Below, one piece after another: positions 7,976 through 13,025 of a stretch of 13,025 nucleotides of DNA. Origin of the DNA: Bacteroidales bacterium (GTDB lineage: Bacteria; Bacteroidota; Bacteroidia; Bacteroidales; M50B96); contig JBFHES010000120.1 of the NCBI GenBank assembly GCA_041584015.1, positions 1-13,025 on the forward strand, read 5' to 3'. Made by a program: the position numbers and the translations under genes. The stretch's first letter is position 1, and the number at the start of each line of letters is the position of its first letter. The notes beneath the pieces are model-generated. The model was not told the DNA's origin, ran no database searches, and worked only from the letters and a program-made list of their open reading frames with translations.

Positions 7976-8192
7976 ATCTATTAGTTAAAAAGTCAGTTCT
8001 AAAACACCTCTAATCGAATATTGCTAAGATAGCATCTTACACTTAAGAATGATCCCTATTTTTTCTGATTAAATCGAGTTTTACAACATATTATGATCTT
8101 TAAACATCACATTCTACTATGTCAGATCGAAAACATTACATTAACTTTACTCGCAATTACAAATTATCGTACAAAATCGAAAATCAACTATC
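7976..8192. promoter_or_regulatory. AT-rich divergent intergenic region. It presumably carries the promoters for the minus-strand NfeD-flotillin-ATPase module and the plus-strand PLD nuclease gene, and it has recurring ATCGA(A) motifs.
   Basis: There are 217 nt between divergent start codons. ATCG occurs at 8014, 8074, 8127, 8166 and 8177. The 8-mer ATCGAAAA occurs exactly at 8126-8133 and 8176-8183, 50 bp apart. The best -7-like element for the plus gene is TAACTTTA (8142-8149), which matches 7 of 8 positions of TAnnTTTG. I found no convincing match for the minus-strand promoter. Confidence 0.35.
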
Positions 8193-8894
8193 ATGAGCAA
8201 TCTGATTAAACCACTTATATTTCAATCCGTTTCAAAGCTTGGTTATACCAAACAAGAAACTCAGCAGATCAGAAAACATTTGCTCCAATCGAAACATCTT
8301 CATCGGGACCAATCTGTTTTGCGCGCTTACATTTTCGATCTTGCAAGAACACACATGGAGTCTGACAACAATGATCGCCTCATGAATTGGATGGAGACCT
8401 CCATTAAGATCATCATGCTAAAGGAAAAGGATTTTGAGGAACTTAACGAAGTATATTTCTCGCCTGGCAACACCTGCCGAGATGCCATCATCGGCCAAAT
8501 TGAAAATGCCCGACACAGCATTAAGGTATGTGTTTTCACCATTTCGGATAACAACATTGCCAAGGCACTGAAATCGGCACATCACCGTGGAATTTCAATT
8601 AAAATTATTAGCGATAACGACAAGTGTAACGATAGGGGCAGCGACGTGTACGAATTAGCAGATAACAAGATTCCGGTGAAGATTGATCACTCACATCACC
8701 ACATGCATCACAAGTTTGCCATTTTCGACGATGAGGCATTATTAACCGGAAGTTACAACTGGACCATGAGTGCGGCACAGTACAATCAGGAGAACATACT
8801 ACTTACCCGAAATGAGCATAGCATAAAAGCTTACCGAAAAGAATTTGATCGCTTGTGGGAAGAAATGGATCAAGTGCGTTCCTATAAGTTATAA
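8193..8894 (+). CDS. Phospholipase D superfamily single-HKD nuclease of the Nuc-like endonuclease family, 233 aa. It has an ~85 aa N-terminal helical extension and no signal peptide.
   Basis: The C-terminal 150 aa carry HxKxxxxD(x)6GSxN as H172-H-K174-FAIF-D179-DEALLT-G186-S-Y-N189, encoded at 8706-8759. The surrounding pattern (VYFSPG...IKVCVFTISDNNIAKAL..A..RGISIKIISDN......NILLTRNEHSIKAYRKEFDRLWEE) is typical of Nuc/Zucchini-type PLD nucleases. There is only one HKD motif, so a homodimeric active site is implied. The N-terminus MSNLIKPLIFQSVSKLGYTKQETQQIRKH is not hydrophobic. Confidence 0.85.
   Translation: MSNLIKPLIFQSVSKLGYTKQETQQIRKHLLQSKHLHRDQSVLRAYIFDLARTHMESDNNDRLMNWMETSIKIIMLKEKDFEELNEVYFSPGNTCRDAIIGQIENARHSIKVCVFTISDNNIAKALKSAHHRGISIKIISDNDKCNDRGSDVYELADNKIPVKIDHSHHHMHHKFAIFDDEALLTGSYNWTMSAAQYNQENILLTRNEHSIKAYRKEFDRLWEEMDQVRSYKL
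8706..8759 (+). other. HKD catalytic motif (HxKxxxxDxxxxxxGSxN) of the PLD-family nuclease.
   Basis: cat cac aag ttt gcc att ttc gac gat gag gca tta tta acc gga agt tac aac translates HHKFAIFDDEALLTGSYN. Confidence 0.85.
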
Positions 8895-8935
8895 AGCGAG
8901 TATTTATGAGCCATGCGCCAATTATTGTTTTGTTT

Positions 8936-8976
8936 GCTTAAGCTGGATTAGCAAAAGCTTAACACTTTACGTTAAG
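8936..8976. repeat. Cluster of overlapping inverted repeats built from TTAAGC/GCTTAA/GTTAAG half-sites. It forms alternative hairpins downstream of the PLD gene and about 225 nt upstream of the TPR-LuxR gene.
   Basis: GCTTAAGC (8936-8943) is self-palindromic. TTAAGC (8938-8943) pairs with GCTTAA (8957-8962) across a 13-nt loop. CTTAAC (8958-8963) pairs with GTTAAG (8971-8976) across a 7-nt loop. The two hairpins share bases, so they are mutually exclusive. No U-tract follows either of them. Confidence 0.4.
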
Positions 8977-9147
8977 ATTAAAAACAGGAACAGCTATGGC
9001 TTCTCAACAACACATCAATAGGCCCATGGCCTTTAGCGCAAATAAATAATAAATCATCTGTAAATACCAATTTTATTTGTTAACGAAAACCTGCACGAAA
9101 CATAGGCAAAACCTTGCTAATTGGGTAAGATTAACGGATATTATATA

Positions 9148-9155
9148 TACTTTTG
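9148..9155 (+). promoter_or_regulatory. Candidate Bacteroidota-type -7 promoter element (TAnnTTTG) for the TPR-LuxR gene.
   Basis: TACTTTTG at 9148-9155 matches TAnnTTTG exactly and lies about 47 nt upstream of the ATG at 9202. A TTGG (9121-9124) about 23 nt upstream could serve as a degenerate -33 TTTG. Confidence 0.45.
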
Positions 9156-9201
9156 CCAGTCATAGGTTATCACTTGCAAGACATACATTATTTCAGACTT
9201 A

Positions 9202-10776
9202 ATGGCAATTTTATCCATCAATAGAAAATCTATCACAATAGCATTATTTATATTCCTGTTAGGAACTTTATTTATCAGCTGCGACTCTACTGATTCAAAA
9301 TCAATTGAGACAACTAACAGCGAGCCTACCTTAACATCGGAAGAATACTTAAACGTAATTAATTCAACATCCGATATTGATAGCATCATCGCCTATAGTG
9401 AGCAGTTTAATCCGCTTATTGATGAAACATCACATGAAGATCAAGCCTATTATTACTCTAACCTGGGTGTAGTTTACTACCAGCATTCGCTCTACGATGA
9501 AGCGGGTACATTCTTTAAGCATGCACAGGAAAGCTATGCTCAATTAAAAGACAGCGCCCGAGCCAACCACATGCGCATGAACATGGCAGCCATGAAAGAG
9601 CTAAATGGCAATTACAATGATGCTGTAGAAGTATATCTTGATGTAATTGAATATTTCTATAACCACAAAGACAGCCTACAGTTAGCCAATGCCTACTCCA
9701 ATTTGGGTGTGGCCTATGAGCAAATGGAGCTGGCTCAAAAATCGATTGAATATCACAAGAAAGCCCTAACAATTCGCAGGGCAATTAAGGACACCATAAA
9801 CATTGCCTATTCATATAATAACATTGGAGTTGTGTTTACCGAAGTAGTGGAGAACAATGACTCCGCATTGGTTTACTATCAAAAGGCTTATGCGATTTTC
9901 ACGCCCCAAACAACGCCCTGGGAAACCGCTACAACGGCAACCAACATCGGACATATTCATCTAAATAATTCTGAATATGAAAACGCAAAATTACATTTTG
10001 ATGTGGCTTATCATATTTTCGATTCGCTAAACATTGAGCAGGGACTAGCTGAAACGATGCGTAGTTTTGGTCAACTGTACTTTGCACAGGGCAAAGATGA
10101 TGATGCAATTGATGCGCTAACAACATCATTAAATCAGAACCAAATTTCGGGAAATATTAAGGAGGTACTTGAGATAAATAAGATTCTATCAAAAATATAC
10201 ATTGCCAAAGGAAACTATAGCAAGGCTATTGAAACCATGCAGATTGCCAATCATCTGGATGATTCATTACTCAACATAGAAAAGCAGAAAGCTATTGCTG
10301 AAATGGAAACCAAACATCAGGTAAAGCAAAAGAATAAAACCATTGAGGTGCTTAGACTGGAAGATGAGTTGGACAAAAAAAGGATAAGAAATCAGACCAC
10401 ACTCATCATTCTGCTAAGTGTAATTTTTGGACTCATTATCATGCTCCTGGTTTTTCGCTCCCGACAAAACAGATTAAAGCAAAAGCAGCTGCGCATTGAA
10501 TTGCACAACTACATTCTTCGCATTGATGAAATGAAATCCGAATTGCAGAAGAAAGATGAAAAACCGGAATCAAGCGATGATGTATTTGCTAAATATGATT
10601 TATCAAGCCGGGAGATAGAGGTGCTGAAACTTATTAGCAAAGGTTATAAAAACTTGCAAATTGCTGATCAATTATTCATTTCGCAAAACACGGTTAAAAC
10701 CCATATTAAAAATATTTATTTAAAGCTCGACGTAAAAAACCGAGTGGAAGCCTTAACCAGGATAAGCACTAACTAA
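9202..10776 (+). CDS. Membrane-spanning one-component regulator, 524 aa. It has a lipoprotein-type signal peptide, an extracytoplasmic TPR-repeat sensor domain, a single TM helix, a cytoplasmic coiled coil and a C-terminal LuxR/GerE-family HTH.
   Basis: The N-terminus MAILSINRKSITIALFIFLLGTLFISCDS has a signal peptide with Cys at position 27. TPR-like repeats recur with the pattern Y.N.G..Y...Y..A...(Y/F).KA (for example AYYYSNLGVVYYQHSLYDEAGTFFKHA, ANAYSNLGVAYEQMELAQKSIEYHKKA, AYSYNNIGVVF). The TM helix TTLIILLSVIFGLIIMLLVF is encoded at about 10396-10458. The C-terminal LSSREIEVLKLISKGYKNLQIADQLFISQNTVKTHIKNIYLKLDVKNRVEAL is a textbook LuxR/GerE HTH. Confidence 0.85.
   Translation: MAILSINRKSITIALFIFLLGTLFISCDSTDSKSIETTNSEPTLTSEEYLNVINSTSDIDSIIAYSEQFNPLIDETSHEDQAYYYSNLGVVYYQHSLYDEAGTFFKHAQESYAQLKDSARANHMRMNMAAMKELNGNYNDAVEVYLDVIEYFYNHKDSLQLANAYSNLGVAYEQMELAQKSIEYHKKALTIRRAIKDTINIAYSYNNIGVVFTEVVENNDSALVYYQKAYAIFTPQTTPWETATTATNIGHIHLNNSEYENAKLHFDVAYHIFDSLNIEQGLAETMRSFGQLYFAQGKDDDAIDALTTSLNQNQISGNIKEVLEINKILSKIYIAKGNYSKAIETMQIANHLDDSLLNIEKQKAIAEMETKHQVKQKNKTIEVLRLEDELDKKRIRNQTTLIILLSVIFGLIIMLLVFRSRQNRLKQKQLRIELHNYILRIDEMKSELQKKDEKPESSDDVFAKYDLSSREIEVLKLISKGYKNLQIADQLFISQNTVKTHIKNIYLKLDVKNRVEALTRISTN
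10600..10773 (+). other. LuxR/GerE-type helix-turn-helix DNA-binding domain at the C-terminus of the TPR regulator.
   Basis: The L(S/T)xRExEVL ... IAxxLxISxxTVKxHxxNIxxKL pattern is present in full. Confidence 0.85.
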
Positions 10777-10927
10777 TAAAAAACAGCTACCGATTAGGTT
10801 TAGTAGACCTAACGCAACACCAGACAAAGAACAAAAAGTAAAAAATACAGGACAAAAAACTAACTGTCTTATTTAAAGACATCAACAACTTTTAAAGGAA
10901 ACAGCTCACCCTTAAAAATCGCTAAAA

Positions 10928-10943
10928 TCACCCAAAGGGGTGA
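10928..10943. other. Small GC-rich hairpin (TCACCC-AAAG-GGGTGA) with a competing upstream TCACCC copy at 10906-10911. On the minus strand it is followed by a T-rich run.
   Basis: It has a 6-bp stem and a 4-nt loop. The reverse complement of 10912-10927 reads TTTTAGCGATTTTTAA, so it looks like a minus-orientation intrinsic terminator, but no minus-strand gene lies to its right in the window. On the plus strand it is followed by AAAAATATTCG. Confidence 0.3.
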
Positions 10944-11004
10944 AAAATATTCGACGAAAATAACGGTGATTTGTACTACTTAAGTCAAACGAAGAACAAG
11001 CGCA

Positions 11005-11580
11005 ATGTTTAAAATTCTAACGATACTGTTACTTGCTATAACGCCATTTCAAGGTGTGGACAATCAAAGCCAAAAATCGTATCCGGTTAAATCAGGAATG
11101 ATAAAGTACAAGCTTGAAGGAAGGACGAATGGTTCGAGACTAATTTATTTCGACAACTACGGCGCCTTAATTTATTTGGAAGATATTTTTACGAAGCCAA
11201 ACGTTAGCGCAAACTCCGAAGTAAAAATTCTATGCTGTGATACTTTAATAACCATTAACGACCAGACACACACCGCACAAGTTCAAATTATCAAAGAAGC
11301 CGATATGCAGTTTAAGGATAACATTATCAGTCCTGAAATTCTTCATAGTCTGGGATACTGCAAAACGGGCTCCGAAGAAGTTTCGGGTATGAATTGCGAC
11401 AAGTATGAAGGAGATAATGGGAAAATCTGGATTTGGAAAAACCTGATCTTCAAAACAGAAATGCACATCCTCAACTCTCTGGTAAAAAAAGAAGTTGTTG
11501 AATTTAATCCCAATCAGATTATTTCTGCCGGCAGATTTAAAATACCTAAAAACTACAAGATTGTAAACACCAGCAATTAA
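11005..11580 (+). CDS. Small secreted hypothetical protein, 191 aa, with a signal peptide and 4 Cys.
   Basis: The ORF has an N-terminal MFKILTILLLAITPFQG signal-like segment. It lies 228 nt downstream of the regulator gene and 46 nt upstream of the next secreted-protein gene. No recognisable domain. Confidence 0.6.
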   Translation: MFKILTILLLAITPFQGVDNQSQKSYPVKSGMIKYKLEGRTNGSRLIYFDNYGALIYLEDIFTKPNVSANSEVKILCCDTLITINDQTHTAQVQIIKEADMQFKDNIISPEILHSLGYCKTGSEEVSGMNCDKYEGDNGKIWIWKNLIFKTEMHILNSLVKKEVVEFNPNQIISAGRFKIPKNYKIVNTSN

Positions 11581-11626
11581 GCCCCTGCGACCTACTCGAA
11601 AAATAAAAAATCACAAAATATACCCT

Positions 11627-13025
11627 ATGAAAACAAAACACTACCTTAAAATTTTTGCCATTCTAATGGCCTTACCAATGCTGTCATTTTCACAAGCAGA
11701 CTTTATTCAAACATCGACGGAGGACTTTCGCTTTGGTGTACAAGAGAATGTTATCACAAGCACCGATCAGGTACAATTAGCTACAAAAGCTGTTGGCATC
11801 AGCGTTTGGAGTTCAACTGGCAATTTACCAATCAACCTGTCTGGTCATAGAATGACAACCTGGAACGATGATATTTTTCTCGTTGGCGGACATACTGGTA
11901 GTTCGTATAGCGACCAGGTATATCGTGCCCTTACTCCAACACAGGGGTTAATCTCATGGGATGCAATGGGAACATTACCTGTTGCAGTGAAAAATCATGA
12001 ACTGTTAGCCACAGGCAAACACCTGTATGTAATTGGAGGTGATGTAAACGGTACTGCAACAGCTGAAATATATTCAGCTGAAATAAATGAACTTGGTAAC
12101 ATTTTTAGCTGGCATCAGTGCAATACAAGCTTACCCGCTGGTTTAGCATCGCATACTGCAACCTATGTAAACGGATATATGTACATAGCTGGCGGAAGTA
12201 GCTTAACAAGTGGTAATACAGCTACCAGCACAGTTTACGTTGCCCAAGTGCTTGGCGGCGGCGACTTATCAAGTTTTACAGCTACAACATCCTTACCTGC
12301 TGCACTTAGTGCACATACTGCTTTTGCATACGATGGTAAATTGTTTATCGTAGGCGGAAAAAACAACTCAGGAGTTTTACAAAGCCAGGTTTACTACTCC
12401 ACAGTAGGAGCCGATGGTTCATGCGGTCCATGGGCAAGTGCCGGTAACTTCCCAACAGGAATTAGCAACCACGCAACAGTATGCAGCAATGGAATGGCAA
12501 CTGTAATTAGCGGTGATATAGGTGGATCAGTGCCTTTAAGCAGAAAGGCATATACCTGTGATCTTAGCAATTTCCCGATACTCACCTGGACAATGTCGTC
12601 AAACGAACTAACCAACCGACGAAAGGATGGACAGGTAGTTTGCGCCAACGACCAGTTAATATTCACAGGAGGCGAAGAGTTAAGCGGATTACCTAATAAT
12701 GAAACCCGCATTTCACTTCTATCAATGGCTACTCAGCTATGCGAAACCGGAACTTTTATTTCAAATCCGTTTTTTGTCGGAAGCGAGAAAAATATTGTTT
12801 CATACAGCTATCAACTACAAAGTGCAGCAGGTGCAGGTAGCACTGCTTATTACAGACTTGCAGGATTCGATGGCGAATGGGGCAACTGGATAAATGCTGG
12901 TTTACCAACAACAGTATCAATCAATCAAAACAAGTCATATTTACAATATCGTTTCCATTTCACTTCGAATGGATTGACCAATGTTACTTTGTTAGATGCA
13001 TCAATTAATGTTTCTGGATTTACCG
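11627..13025 (+). CDS. Secreted Kelch-repeat-like six-bladed beta-propeller protein. It is 5'-complete and 3'-truncated by the window end, with at least 466 aa read.
   Basis: The ATG is at 11627-11629, and I translated the frame to the window end without meeting a stop. The signal peptide is MKTKHYLKIFAILMALPMLSFSQA. There are six blades of about 50 aa, each ending in an hhhhGG motif: DIFLVGGH, HLYVIGGD, YMYIAGGS, KLFIVGGK, ATVISGDIGG and QLIFTGGE. They are preceded by (S/N)HT/HA motifs typical of Kelch/galactose-oxidase-type propellers. The six-frame track omits it because the ORF is open-ended. Confidence 0.7.
   Translation, partial: MKTKHYLKIFAILMALPMLSFSQADFIQTSTEDFRFGVQENVITSTDQVQLATKAVGISVWSSTGNLPINLSGHRMTTWNDDIFLVGGHTGSSYSDQVYRALTPTQGLISWDAMGTLPVAVKNHELLATGKHLYVIGGDVNGTATAEIYSAEINELGNIFSWHQCNTSLPAGLASHTATYVNGYMYIAGGSSLTSGNTATSTVYVAQVLGGGDLSSFTATTSLPAALSAHTAFAYDGKLFIVGGKNNSGVLQSQVYYSTVGADGSCGPWASAGNFPTGISNHATVCSNGMATVISGDIGGSVPLSRKAYTCDLSNFPILTWTMSSNELTNRRKDGQVVCANDQLIFTGGEELSGLPNNETRISLLSMATQLCETGTFISNPFFVGSEKNIVSYSYQLQSAAGAGSTAYYRLAGFDGEWGNWINAGLPTTVSINQNKSYLQYRFHFTSNGLTNVTLLDASINVSGFT

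Noticed and set aside
8193-8894. Interpreting the PLD gene as DISARM drmC.
   Set aside because: No DrmA helicase, DrmB (DUF1998), SNF2 or methyltransferase genes are anywhere in the window. A lone PLD nuclease is insufficient to call DISARM.
8996-9049. 17-codon mini-ORF (MASQQHINRPMAFSANK) in the 307-nt PLD/regulator spacer as a possible leader peptide.
   Set aside because: There is no regulatory-codon run, no downstream terminator/antiterminator pair positioned appropriately, and no conservation information, so it is indistinguishable from chance.
9141-9389. Minus-strand 82-aa ORF overlapping the start of the TPR-LuxR gene.
   Set aside because: It is antisense to a well-supported signal peptide and TPR coding region and spans the putative promoter. 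It has no features of its own.
1-13025. CRISPR arrays, tRNA/rRNA genes, and transposase or integrase genes with terminal inverted repeats.
   Set aside because: No regularly spaced direct repeats, no cloverleaf-compatible segments in the few non-coding stretches, and no transposase-like or recombinase-like ORFs were seen. The only repeats are intragenic coding repeats.

Overview
The 13 kb window reads like a Bacteroidota-type chromosomal segment of roughly 40% GC, judged by eye. The evidence is lipoprotein-style signal peptides, a TPR/LuxR one-component regulator, secreted Kelch-type proteins, no obvious Shine-Dalgarno use, and a TAnnTTTG-like -7 promoter element. On the minus strand there is a tightly packed three-gene module. 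It begins with a YqiJ/NfeD-like membrane protein (7298-7975). A YqiK-type flotillin/SPFH protein follows (5164-7296). The last gene is a 1641-aa protein whose only recognisable catalytic unit is a MoxR/AAA_5-class AAA+ ATPase core near its C-terminus (100-5025). A standalone, apparently cytoplasmic, single-HKD phospholipase-D-family (Nuc-like) nuclease gene (8193-8894) is transcribed divergently from the module, across an AT-rich 217-nt region. Downstream on the plus strand lie three more genes. The first is a membrane-spanning TPR sensor fused to a LuxR/GerE helix-turn-helix (9202-10776). The second is a small secreted Cys-containing protein (11005-11580). The third is a secreted six-bladed Kelch-like beta-propeller protein that runs off the window end (11627->13025). 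I found no rRNA, tRNA, CRISPR array or mobile-element hallmarks. The most interesting candidate is the NfeD-flotillin-giant AAA+ ATPase module. Its first two genes form the well-known SPFH/NfeD pair, but the third is, to my knowledge, not an established partner of them. The adjacent cytoplasmic PLD nuclease is a second candidate. No database searches were possible, so every family assignment rests on motif recognition and on recalled sequences.
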